A stretch of DNA of 64,000 nucleotides, from the NCBI RefSeq assembly GCF_000315625.1, contig NW_005434645.1, positions 515,181-579,180 on the forward strand. The letters are read 5' to 3'. Both the position numbers and the translations under genes were made by a program. Below, one piece after another: positions 34,970 through 47,559 of this stretch (its first letter is position 1; every line of letters starts with the position of its first letter). The notes beneath the pieces are model-generated. The model was not told where the DNA came from and made no database searches. It saw nothing but the letters and a program-made list of their open reading frames with translations. This DNA is from Guillardia theta CCMP2712 (taxonomy: Eukaryota > Protista > Cryptophyta).

Positions 34970-37762
34970 TCATTCGGCTTTCATTTCCTGTGGAGGAGGA
35001 GGGATTGCGTGAAACACGTTGGGATTGGATAATTCAGTCGGAAGCGTCAAACTAACGCAGAAGAGGCACGAGAACATCGGGATGTTCATTACCAATGTTT
35101 AAGATACATGCGAGTCATCCCCGAGCTTTAGACAACGCTGGCCTTTACGACGGGAACGATGCGTCTCTTCTTGGAAGCCTGCGACGCCTCGGCCGCAGCA
35201 GTCTCACTTGGCTCCTCTTTCTCCTGCAGGCAGCATCAGTCGTTGCCTCCCTTTCCCTCACTTCTCACTGTAGCAAACGACGTATCAAGCTTCCGCGATA
35301 TTGTTTCTGCAACCCCCTGCTCAGCCGTAGGACACTCCTCCTCTGCTTCGGGGTTGCCGGTGTCGTCAGATTTCTCGCAAGCTTGGCTCCTATTCTTCTC
35401 TTTGCAGACGGAGAACGCAGATCCTTTTTCTACTCTATCTTCCCTCGCTCCTGGTGTTGCAGGCGCAACTTCTGCGTTGGGTTTCACCAAGGAAGGGATG
35501 ATCCTTCTCTTCCTGCCGCTCTCAGTTTGTGCCTTCTCAGCTGCCGCTGGTTGCTCTGTGACCGTAACATCTTCAATTTCCAAATGCTCTCTCGCTCCAC
35601 CATCCTCCTTGCCCTCCTTCTCCTCACTACCCTCCTTGTTGTCCTTGTTCCCCTTGTTCTCCACTTCGGCACTGTTGTCCCCTGAGTTAGCTGGGCACAC
35701 AATCTCGGGATTTTCTGTTTTCCCAGCTTCCATGTACTGCAGTCACAGGTTGAGAAATCAGAGAGCAAGGGGAAGGGAATGACCTTCTGGACTGTAAGGG
35801 GAAGTAGATCGTGATCGAGCGGCTCTCCGAATTCACCTGCACAACCAACTCACGCGCCATGAGGATTGGGTATGGGCCCACCAGGTGCGAACTCGACGAT
35901 TGAACAATAACCATCGCTGGATGTCACGATCATGAACTTGCCATCACTGGACCATGCGATGTCCGTGAGAGGAGTGAAATGAATTCCACTGACGTAGAGT
36001 ATCGGAGTTTGCATTTGAGCGGTGTCATAAACCAACATTGAGCTCTGTGTGGCTACCGCAAAGATCATTCTGGAGGGAGAAGATTGAGAGTGAGAAACTG
36101 ATCGGACAAACGAATGAGACATGAATAATCCTACCTGTAAGGCAAGTTGAAGGGCGAAGCAGACGTGTCAGCGCTCCCTAGCTTTGCTGGAGATTGAAAC
36201 AACTTCTCTGGTGTAGGCAAAGGTCGATCACCAACTGCAGATGTTTACCATCACAAATACTGACAGTCAAGGATAACTACCCACCTTGTTCTTCGCAGGT
36301 CGCTATCTTGAATAGAACCGGACAAAACCTGCTCTCTTGTAAGCAGCCATGCAAACGTCAAACACCATCCTTTACCGGACGGCTATGCTTGGCTGTTTCC
36401 CACAAGGCAGGACGGCAAAAGGCTTGGCAAGATTTCTTCGCGCAAATACGTTTGTAGAGTATACTGGCTTCGTAGTTTGACTTTGCTGGTAGAGGCCTCC
36501 AGGAATAACGACAAACAACCCATCCGGCGACCATGCAGCTCTCCGTCGATGAGCAGCCACCGTATCATCGATGAAAATCTTATACTCTCTGCCAAATGGA
36601 ATGAGAGAGTTGTCGCAGAAGCAAGAACTTGAAATTCAGACCGCTGCTTGATCTCTGGTGAAGACGTCTCTAGTTTCGGAAACTCCATTTTAGAAGCAAT
36701 GTGCACTGTTCTGCAATCCGCCTTCCACCTGTGCGGGTCGTTAACTAACAACGCAGCGCCGATCAGAATGAGCTACTTCTTCGATTTCGACACGTGAAAG
36801 CGGCACGAGCTGTCGCTGCTGACGGTTAAGATGAAATCCCCTTGCGGATCCCAGGAGGCTCCAAGGACGAAGTGATCATGTCCTCGAATGCTGCAGGCAA
36901 CCTACACCACCATGAGCCACACAAGCAGACATACACTGAAGAAGCTTCACCTTGTCCTTCGAGAAGAGGTTGAATACCTGAAGATAAGTCAGGACTGAAA
37001 CGAAAACACGCAACAAGCTCTAACCGTCCCGGTGTTGTCAACTGAAGCAGAAACGAGTTGAAGAGACGAGGGTGACCATGAGAGATCGCAAACGTCGAGG
37101 GTATGAGATCTCAACACGGTCATGAATTCCCATCTGCCGTCAAAGATCAAATCCAAGGCTGGTCCCTTCCTACCGACCTCTCGGAGCCCGGGGTAATGGG
37201 GCTGTTGGACGTGGAGCTTCGCTTCCATATGATGATTGCTCCTTCAACACCTGACAAGACGTGAGACGAGAAGTCCATGTTCAAGTAAGCCCATCACCCG
37301 AGGACGCAAGCAGGTCTCCTTTGGGGCAAAACCTCAGGCAGTTGACAGGCTTTTCATGACCTTGAAGGTCCTGGATGAATTGTACAGGTGCCTTGCCAAG
37401 CAGGGTCAGACTCTCGTGGGGTGCATGTGAATGCTGACCTCCACTGCATTCTCCCCGTCGTTCAGTAGCCATAGGTGGATTCCTCCCGTCCCGTCCGGCT
37501 CACTCCCGCCAGTCGCGCACAGCCGTGGAAGGTGAGGGTGAAAGTCGATAGCAAACACAGGGCTCTTGCCATGCCAGTGGATCTGTGGAGTGCGGACTGT
37601 GACAGGCTGTTTGGTGCTGGGAGCTAGCGACGTGACAGGCTGTTTGGTGCTGGGAGCTATCGATGGCTGTTCACCTGCTGTAGTAATCGAACCCTCTGCT
37701 GTAATTTTCTGCTTGAGCTGGACATCTGAGCAGGGGGTAGTCTCCACCGCACAGCCAGACAT
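34970..37762 (-). CDS. CHAF1B: Chromatin assembly factor 1 subunit B (p60/CAC2/FAS2-like WD40 protein)
   Basis: TPQIHWHGKSPVFAIDFHP, LQGHEKPVNCLRFCPKGDLLASSGD, LRSHTLDVCDLSWSP, RRAAWSPDGLFVVIPGG, LPYRMIFAVATQSSMLVYDT, IHFTPLTDIAWSSDG...SSDGYCS. Confidence 0.9.
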
Positions 37763-38010
37763 TCCCAGACCTTGAAAATGCCGAGTCAGTTACAGAGAAC
37801 AATATCGACGAATAATGAATATTGTTGAGGTATCGTGTATGAGAAGGAGGATTCATCCAAACATCCGAACAAAGTCGAATTTACACAAGACAGCTGCTCT
37901 GGAGATTGCTGATATGCCCTAGCACAACCACCACCATCATAATTGTCATGCTGACAAGCGAAACACGTTACATGTACTCATTGTCTCCACCTATCTCATC
38001 AAGCTCTTTC

Positions 38011-38102
38011 CCCGCTTCTCCATCTCTCCCTTCATTTTCCCGCTTCTCCATCTCTCCCTTCATTTTCCCGCTTCTTCATCTCTCCCTTCATTTTCCCGCT
38101 TC
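38011..38102. repeat. 28-bp tandem minisatellite (cccgcttctccatctctcccttcatttt) x3.3
   Basis: Directly visible. Confidence 0.92.
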
Positions 38103-38584
38103 GCCCCCTCCACCATCGCCAACTTGCCCTTCCTCAGGAGCGCGGGAAACTTGGACCCTACCCCGATGAAGGACGAGTTCCCCCACCACCCCTCCATACC
38201 TCTGTTTTCCTACATTGAGACCACCCGGTGCAATCGAATGGCCTTTAGTCCTGCACCCTACTGGTGCCGGGCCGGGCCGAACCGGGCATTCAATAATGAT
38301 CATCGGATGGCCGCGCCGGCAGACCGCCGGACTCAGTTCCAAGTTCGATGGGGAGTCACAGGCTGAGCGGGGCCGACCGTACGCCCGGCCAGTCGCCGGT
38401 CCTTGCCACAGTGTGGCGAGTCCAAGTCACTTTCAGTGATGCTCCATACGCTATGCCGCACTGAATCTTCCGGGCAACTTTATTTCGACGTGCGCACATC
38501 ATCGGCCACCCGGTATCGCAGCAGTGCGCCGCGAGCGGCAGGGTGAACTTCGGAAGGCAAGATCGAACCGTGTGTCCGGGCCGC

Positions 38585-39939
38585 CTAGATGAGATTCCAA
38601 GTAGAATGGAGATTCTGCGGCGGATGCATGTAAGGCCTGCCAACGTCTGTCAACCTTGTACGAGTGTACGTCACTCAGGAGAACTCACACTTTCTCCACC
38701 ACAAGGTGCATCTTCTCCGCAGAGACCGCCAAACCCTCCGAGGGCCAATTCTTGCGCATGATGCTATCAAAGCACTCCTGTCTAGCGAGCTCAATCTCAC
38801 GGTGACCCGCCGCCTCCAAGTCATCGACACCTTCACTTGGGAAAACTTGCAGTCCGGGGTGTCTCGCCACCTGAGTATCTAAGAGCCAGTCAATGCGCCT
38901 GGCGGTTCAATACAGCAACAGATTGCTCACGGTGCTGTGCATAATCGTCGGGAAGTGAGCTAAAGAAACGTCGATGTTCTTGTAGCCCATCTGCGGAAGC
39001 TTATTCTCAGCCTGCAAGGGACCCGTCAGCTCAAGAGAGCTTGAAGGCGCTCAACGCATAACCTCTTCCTTCAAAATCCGCCGAATGTTCTCGATCGCCT
39101 TGTCCACGTCATCGTACATGAGAACTACCGCCTTCAAACCAGACAAACACGCAAGTCAGTCTAATCGTCATCCAAACACTTTTCTGTTGACAAGAATTCG
39201 TAAAATTCGATGGACTCAATGAGTTCAAGCTCGCATACGTCGGGATAGGCTACTGCCTCCTTGCAGCGCAGCTTTATCTTGCCCCTCGGCCATTCCGGAT
39301 GAGACATCGCATGCTCTATCAGCTGATTCCAACCATTGAGATATTCCTAAGATATCAGTCAGACACTGAACAAACCAGATCTTGCCTTGCCTCCTTAAGT
39401 TCCTGACTGCCTAATGGAGGCCGGGTGAAGGAGTAACACGTCAAAAGTGTTGTGTGGAGTGTTGAGAAGGGATAAACATAAGCATCTTTGAACATTGGCT
39501 GATAGAGCGAGTTCAGGTCACTAAGTGTAAGGCCGCAACAAGGTAGGTACCTCATTCTTGATGTCATTTGCTAAACTCTCGTATGCGTCCTGCATCGATG
39601 GGTCGCATGGGAAATTGGTGATGAGCACGAGGCCCCAACATTCCTCAGATGTGCCATTCTCCAGGCCTTTGATGTATTTATTCGCAACAATATTCTCCTC
39701 CCCCATTGCTGTCCGATGGCCTTCAAGAACACTCCTCGTACTGGGCCGCAAGTCAGTCTCAATCTTCACTTCCCACGTTTGAGAACCAATCCCCTTCACA
39801 TAGAAACTACCTCACGAGAACCATCAGCTGTCAAATATCCTCAATCAGAACGATCTTAATTCATGATACCCTCTGCAAGCAAGTGATCTGTCAAGACTTA
39901 AACGCCGCACTTGATCACTTCATCTCCCATCCTCGCCAT
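38585..39939 (-). CDS. Hypothetical multi-exon protein
   Basis: Consistent short exons and GT-AG introns (TWEVKIETDLRPSTRSVLEGHR, EYLNGWNQLIEHAMSHPEWPRG, QMGYKNIDVSLAHFP). No family recognised and the ends are approximate. Confidence 0.6.
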
Positions 39940-40679
39940 CTCCCCCTTCCCACCGTCCTCCATCTGAGCGGCCTACGGTTCCGGATTCCCACGACCACCG
40001 CCGGGGCACCCAGCTAGCGGTCAACACAGGCTAGAACTTGAAAAAAAAAAGAAAAAAAACAGAACTTGAATAGTATCTGGAATACTACTGAGTATGCCCT
40101 CAGTTTAGATCCTCCCCCTCCTTTGTTTGCTCCGGTTTGCCTTTCTTTTTCAGTCAATAAATCAAATAGCCTGAACGGCACACGGCAGGCCGCACCGTGA
40201 CGGTCAAGCCGGGCCTGCGTGACCGCCGACGGTGTGCCAGTGCCATGCCGGGGACCGGGACCAGGTGCGCCGTGCCGTCAGCCTGGCAGCAGCCTGGGCC
40301 AGCCTGAGACCGACGGTCACTGAGCCGCTAGGTACTAGGCTCGGCTGAGCCTGTGACGGCGACTCAGCGGCCGCTGGGGAGCGCCCGTGCATCACTGACT
40401 CGCCCGGCGCGGCGCCGAACGGTTCACTCCGCATGGCGGCCGCGCCGACTCGGCGAGGCGGCTGGCCCGGCTCAGTGACGGTGACTCGCAACTCAGTGAA
40501 AACCCGGGCATGATTCGAGTCCCTTTTACTTTTAAAAGTTAATTGTTCAATGATTAACCTGCTCAGAAACGATAGCCAATCATAAGTTCAATTGCAGGAC
40601 TCGGGAATTGTAGCTTGTGATTTGATTCGCTGAGGACCCCACAGCCGCCGCCTAGGACAAGTCAATACCAAAGTTAGAA

Positions 40680-41790
40680 TGCAGGCAAGCTGAAGCTCTC
40701 TTTTTGCATGATCAATAAGACAGGAAGGTCTTACTCTTCGAGAATCTTTTCAGCTTTCATCAAAATTTGATTCCATCCATCTGTCATACTTTCAAATCTT
40801 AGTATATGCATTCAATCATGATTGGTGTATGTAATAATTCTGTATTCTTTGGACTAAGAGATACCTGTACGCCTTTTCTTCTTGAGCAGCCATGTTTGCG
40901 GCCCCAGCCCCTTCCTTATTTGATTCTTGTTGAAGCTCCTTGATTAACAGTTTGATCAACAATCTTATTGAAGCCAAGACTCTTACCTGCAGAGTTTTTG
41001 CGATCGTCTTCCTACATATGTTGACGGAGTCATCAAGGTCTATCGTAAGGTTTGACTTGGAGAGCGAGTAATCGAAGGGGTTTTGGCACACTTGTCTCGC
41101 ACGGTTGCACTCATCCAAGACTTGGCATTTGAAGCTCATAAGAGTTTTGTCCGAACCATGGCGTAGCAAAATCCTTGCTCTATCGTCCTCTAGCTTCTTT
41201 GCGGCATTCACACTTTCAAGATGATGTTGAGCTCGGTGATCAGGTTTATGCTCCTTCGTGTCTTCTGCGATTGTGAGAAACCGGGAGGCCGCGTGGTCTA
41301 GCTCAGTGTACCAGCTGGGTACCGTTACCGACTTCGACTGAGCGACGTCATCGTCCTCCTTACTCGCATCCGCTCGCCAGACATTTGCCAGGGGACACTT
41401 GCATCTGCCATTGCAAACAGATGAAAGAAGGAGGGAAACAGGGAAACAAGTAAAGAAGAACGAGGACAAGAGGGAAAGAGGAAGGAGGAAAGGAAAACGT
41501 CATGCAATCTGTGCATTTTAGTTTCAATCTGTAGGTTTTACCTTGGACAGTACTCCCACTTGATCTTAACATAGATCTCTTGCTCGCATCCTGGGCATCG
41601 AAACCAACCTGTGGGAATGTGTCGATTGACCGGGCTGCTGGTCATCTAACAATTCCTTCAATATCGTGCAGCTCACAAGTTAGCATTGTACAAACTCATA
41701 TTCCTTGTCAGAGATCAGTGATTGTGCTTCCAGGCCAACTTGAGAACATACAAAGGAGGAGGACTATCGTTTCACGTTGTCTCTTTCTTC
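40680..41790 (-). CDS. Hypothetical multi-exon protein
   Basis: Long protein-like exon ~40990-41400 (WYTELDHAASRFLTIAED...). Boundaries uncertain. Confidence 0.45.
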
Positions 41791-42336
41791 ATTGCTGCTG
41801 CCAATAGCAATCAAGGTCATTTTGTGCAGGAACTTTTCGTGAGATGTAGGAACTACGGAGGCCGGGCCGGGCGGCCGCCCCGGCCGGCTCCGCAGTGGCG
41901 TGTGACGGCGTCCGAGGTGATTAGTGACGGCGTCGTGCGTCAGTGCACGGCACGGTACTGGGCCGCCGGAGTCGTGCTCACTCTGAAAGTCCGAAGTCAA
42001 TGACGCGGATCACAGTGTAACACTGACACTGCACCGTCAGTCTTTACAGAGTCAAAGGCCGTCAAGTTAAAAATTGACTTTGACTAAGTTCGCCGGCCCG
42101 GAACTTCGGAAAGGGCGGTCTTCCGCAAGCTCAGTGAGCACTCAGTGATCGGACCGCCGGTACCGTGACGGTGCGTGCCAGCAATGACGCCGGCTCCGAA
42201 GTACGGTGACTGATCGGACTCAGCCTGGCCCGGCGCCGGGCGCGGCCCGGGCCGCTCAGTCCTGAGGCTGACCGCTCGGCCCACCCACCGGTACAACGGC
42301 GCAGGCTTTTGAGTAATTCATTTGGTTTCAAGCTTA

Positions 42337-43120
42337 CTAAGTTAGGTGCCAGTCTTGGGAGGTTGTTTGGAGATCTGACGAATCGCGCCCCACCTGCTTC
42401 CCAGCAGCTCCTCGCTCTTAAAATCTGTAACGAGAGGGTCCATCACAGGGGAATCATTCAGAAAGCTTTAAATCACGTTCAAGCCTGCTCAGAGTTCTTC
42501 GAGATTCCCTCCAGAATTCAGCATCTTCTGCAATATATTTCAGCAATGACAATCTTGTCAAGCGATAGAAATGAAATTTCAAATTTTTCTGAAACTTGAA
42601 ACCTTCCTCTGACGGCTTGCAAGAATAGCCTGGGATGAAGATAGACAAACCATATTTCATCATATTGGGGTCGCTTATAGCTGGCGTGTTTGATTCTAAC
42701 TTGTCGTCTCTTGCACGCATGTACCTGACTTTGATTCTTACAATCGCATGCATTCGAGCGATCAAATGCGATGAGGCAGGCCTCACCTTTCAAGATGATA
42801 GAGAGCAGAAAGACTGAAGCTTTCGATCTATCTTTTGTCAGGCCCAACACGCGAGGAGGACAGCAAGGCTCTCCGCATCTCTTGGGGCTCACCTTGCTCG
42901 GTGACGGGAAGTTTGCAGACTCTCTCCTTGCAGAACTGCTCTTTTCTGAATCCATGTCCTCTCCGATGTCAAGCTTTCTGTTCACAACACCATGCTCATC
43001 AGCTCACCAACGGCAAGATGAATCGGCCTCACTCGATAGAATGGCGCGATTCTGATGAACATGTTTCACTTACTGCTTCCGACATGAAGGTATGGTTCGA
43101 CTGAGGAACTGATGTACACC
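42337..43120 (-). CDS. Hypothetical multi-exon protein
   Basis: Protein-like frames (KYGLSIFIPGYSCKP...LSRLERDLKLSE, WGAIRQISKQPPKTGT*). Boundaries uncertain. Confidence 0.4.
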
Positions 43121-43909
43121 GTCTGGTTTATGCGTCAGGATCATAAAGTACTAGAGCGAATACATGTCATATCCGGGAGCTACTCAATTTTAAGTTGCTT
43201 TGTCTCACTGCTGCTGTCTACTGTCCTTGCTCTAAAGTGAATCAACATTTTGCTGGTTATCACTCTTCATTCAAACCGTTTCTAGCACTACAGTGACACG
43301 CCAAGTTTCTCTTTTGTCTGAACTGAAGTATCCCCATTTTGTGACGATTTTCAACTTCCGACTTCCCGGCGGCATTCACTGTGGCAGGCGGCATGAAATC
43401 GTCTGTGTGGAGCTCATTCATCATGCAGGCTTCCCGGCTCAGTCAGGGTGGCGCCTCAGTCACTGTCACGTGTACCACTGAGGAGTCACTCGGACCGTAC
43501 GGGCCACGCCAGTGTCTCCCTTCCTCTCCCCACGGCCCTGGCATGAAGCGACGCCCCAACGAGCCGTCGGTCTCACAGGCTCAGACGGTTCCGGCAAGTT
43601 TAGGGCCGCTTCGAATGCTGTCTTAGTCTATTGACTATGTAGCCTTATTGTAAACATCTTCCTTGTCAATGAGTACCCCTTTTGATCATAGCATAAGTAC
43701 GGGTACTGCATATACCCATCTTTTGTTGGGAAAGAGAACCGGTGTGAGAGGAGATCTCAGGTGCACCTCAGCATAAAATTAAGGACAGCAAATTGTAAAT
43801 ATATGAAGAGTTCGGACATCTGCTTTCTGTCCTGGTTGGCGAAAGGACCGGAGGAGACCGACGAAGAGCCGCGCAAGGTATGCAGGAGGAAGAAGCGAAG
43901 GAAGGGGAG

Positions 43910-45100
43910 AATGCGAGGGCAGTTCAAACCTTTAAAAGACTTCCTTGAGGAACAGGAATGTTTTGAACATCATGATGTCTCTTAATTACATTTGATGCGT
44001 GTTGTTTGTATTATTTTGCTCTGCTTCTGATCTATAGATGCTCCATTTGATTTTTACCCTTGACGACTGTGCCGTTATAACACGCTTTAAGGATCAGTTG
44101 ATGAGCTTGACTTTATACGAAATTCCATTGGGCAATCTCACATAGATTCACAAAGACGTGTTTTGTTCCTTCATTTTATTTTCAGCTCCTGTTTGATTTT
44201 GTACATCCAACCGTGTTGACAAAGCTGCTCGGCACCGTCATGCCTCAGTGGTTCATTTCCTGTTTTGTGAATGTCGACAAGATCCAACCCAGTGGGGTTC
44301 TCTCAATGATTTAGCTGTAACAACAGTGAGTGTCTCAGGGAATCGTCTTCGTACCTGGAACTCGAGCTGTTCTGATTTCATTTTGCTTCAGCATGATCGG
44401 CGGAAAGCAGCTTTTGCAGATGTTGAACTACGAGGCGGGAGTGGACCCCACTCAGACTACCGAGCCATTCTTCGCTGGAATGCACACTGTAAACTTCAAA
44501 ATGATATCTTGGACCTCTCCTAACACGCGCATGGGCCAGTCCTCCAACCCCGCTGCCTCCCCCCACGTCTTGGGCGCTGGATTTGTTCGCGGACATCCCA
44601 CCTTCAGCTCGCTTGTGTTGTGAGTCACACTGTCGACTTGTTATCCTTGTTCTCCCTCCTCATGTTGCTGCCTTCAGGCCCCAGAACATCGTCTACCATC
44701 CCACCAACCACCCCAAGGACAACTGGTCAGTCACTCTTGTCTGTGAAAGCGCATTGTGACGTTGTGGTCAGGTGGATGCCCGAGCAGTTCTAAGAATGAA
44801 GGGAAGGATTTACAGGGATCAACATCGTTGCGCTGAATATATGACAAAATGTTGTTATGCTGCTCGAGCCATCTACGGAATTCTTTCTTTGCTTGTTCAG
44901 CCGCATCAAATGGCGCCGACGTTCCTCGGCTGCGCCTGCACCTCACCCGACTTTCAGGCACCAACTAGCGTCATTAGCGTCCTGACATGCGAGCATGTAG
45001 AGCCATCTATGACGCCCAGACTGGAGCCTCGCACTTCCTCCGCTAACATAACAAGTCACTTATGGTTGTCGTGCGGTCCCTCGTGACATGCGCCGTCTCA
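43910..45100 (+). CDS. Hypothetical multi-exon protein
   Basis: Exon-like segments with splice signals (QMLNYEAGVDPTQTTEPFFAGMH...). Structure not resolved. Confidence 0.3.
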
Positions 45101-45198
45101 TCAGCGTGACGCAAGCATGTCTGACTTGTTCTTCGACCGAGCCACCTTAAGACACATCCCTCTCTGTTGTCTTCTCTCTCGTCCGCTCCTGTCATCTC

Positions 45199-47534
45199 TA
45201 TGATCCCTTCCTGCCGTTTCGCCATCCCGCTAGCAGCCTCCAGCCATCGTGGTCCTACTATCCTACCATTAGTCTTGGTTGAGAAGTCTTTTAGCCTCCT
45301 TTCCCCGACAGCCTCATCGCCGCAAAGCCGCCCCTCTCGCAGCGCCCGCTGCCTCCTTCTCCTCTCTCCTCTCCACTGATACATACTCGACGACTAGCAA
45401 GACGCAGCTGGTCAGGGAAGAGAAGGATGCTCGCCGGCTCCCTGATGACCGTGTTGATATCCCTGACAACAGCAGCTGCTGCATGTATGGATGGCGATAG
45501 CGAGACCTGTCACACAAAGTATGGGACTCGTTTCGGCCATGATCTGTTACCAAGGTAGGAGGAGGAGGAGGAGGAAGGGAGGGAGGGAAGGAGGGAGGGA
45601 AGGAGGGAGGGAGGAAAGATTATTGACAAGCTCCACCAGCTTCATGCTTGCGGAGGGCTACTTCAACCTCAACCACGGTTCTTTCGGGGCGACACCTCGT
45701 CCTGTAATGGAGGCTCAAAGAAGATATCAAGAGCAGATGGAAGCACGGTGAGAAAGAGAGCCACGAGGCATCTTCTCACATGCAGTTTGACAAGGCCCGA
45801 TCAATGGTTCCGTGACGATTACTTCATGTGCGTCAACGAGGCGAGGGAGGCGATCGCCAAGTACGTCAAGGCCCCGTCCACTGACGATATCGTGCGTCGC
45901 ATGCTCTGCCAGGAGTGCACAGCAGCTGAAGCTCCTCAGGTCCTCGTTGAGAACGCGTCGGGAGGGGTTAATGCGGTCCTGCGGTCGATGGTGTGGAAGG
46001 AGGGAGACGTCGTGCTGTTCCTGTCCTCGGCCTACCCGATGGTGAAGAACACAGCAGTAGGCGCCTCCTCCTTCAGTGGCATGCAGTCAATCCTTGTGCT
46101 CAGGCATGGCTGGGAGAGTCGAACCCGTCTGTCCAAGTCAAGGAGGTCCAGCTGGGGAGCGACTGGCCTGCTACAGGAGGACAGGCAGTTCTGAAACCGT
46201 GATCGACACAGAGGTTCTCTCCTGTTTGCTGATGCTCGAGACAGACTGAGGGAGGCGCTGGCTGAGAACAAAGGCAAGACGAAGCTCGTCATCGTCTCTC
46301 ACATCACTAGCGTGGGGGGCACGTGGGTCTCTCCAGTGACTGACGCCAGGCTGCAGGTCCCAGCCGTCATCCTCCCTGTCGAGGACATCGTGAGGATGTG
46401 CAGACTGTCGGGTGTGGCTGGAGGAGACGTGCAGGAAGCTTCTCGTGCCGCCGTGGAGCTCGGAGGGGCTGATGGTGATGCAGGTGCTGGTAGATGGCGC
46501 GCATGCCCTGGGGCAGGTGCACGAGACCCGCTGCTCTCATCTTGTCACGTCTGCTGCAGGTCCCGATCGACCTTGTCGGGCTGGGAGACCCTGACTACTA
46601 CATCTCCAACGGACACAAATGGCTCTTCTCACCCAAGGGATCGGTAAGCGATGGGATGATGCTACGCCGAGGAGATCTGAAGGACAGGCGGGACGAGGCA
46701 GGCCTTCTTGTACGTCCGATCAGTCCGGCAGTTGAGCCTCTCCCCGGTGACGAGACGCCCTTGGCTCCCTCTCTGCTGTAGGTGTGACGTCAAGTCATCA
46801 GGAGCCCAACGTGATCAGCTCGTCGGGCAAGAAGGACTTCGTGGGAAGGTTCTCTTACACAGGTAGAGAGGTAGAGGACAGCTGGGCTGAGCTGACTGAG
46901 GTGGGGTCAGGATCGAGAGACTACACAGCATTCTGTGCCATCAAAGAAGCTTTCAAGTAATACAACATTCTCGGTCGGAACAAGCTCAAGTTTCCTTCCC
47001 TTGCTCAGGTTCCGCCATCACGTCGGGGATGAGAAAATCTATGAGTACACGGCTGGACTTGCGCGATGGGCAGCAAAAATGCTGAGCAGGACGTGGGGTA
47101 ACGATGAGACAAGCTTCACCCCGGTCGCCATGACACTGAGACAGGAACTCGCGTGCTTGTGCCGCTGGAGTCTCAGGCTTTCATGATCAACGTCCAGCTC
47201 CCGACCAACGTGAGGAGCCTCGTTCACCTCTGCGATATGACGACACAGCAGAGCACAACGGTTGCGATGCAGCTGCAGGAGAGGCTCAAGATTGACTATG
47301 ATACATATATCGTACAACACTCGCTGCTATGGCTCCCTTGACGGGTCTGCAGGTCGTGGCGAATATGAGCAGTCTCGTGTATACTCGGCTTTCAGCTCAG
47401 GTGCTCCACCTCCCTTGCAGTCCTTGCCTGACTTTGACTCCGTTGAGATTTACCTGGAGCGAAAAGATTTCGAGCGACTGGCAACTCTCGTCCCTGCCAT
47501 CATCGAGAAACTTGATTGCAGTCAGCTGCAATGA
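45199..47534 (+). CDS. PLP-dependent class-V aminotransferase-fold C-S lyase (L-cysteine desulfhydrase / isopenicillin-N epimerase / Egt2-like), start uncertain
   Basis: LNHGSFGATPRPV, VLVENASGGVNAVLRS, SHITSVPAVILPV, VLVDGAHALGQ, DYYISNGHKWLFSPKGSAFLYV, GSRDYTA, YTRLSAQIYLE. Confidence 0.92.
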
Positions 47535-47559
47535 ATCCCCAGCGATGCCCCACCTGAAA

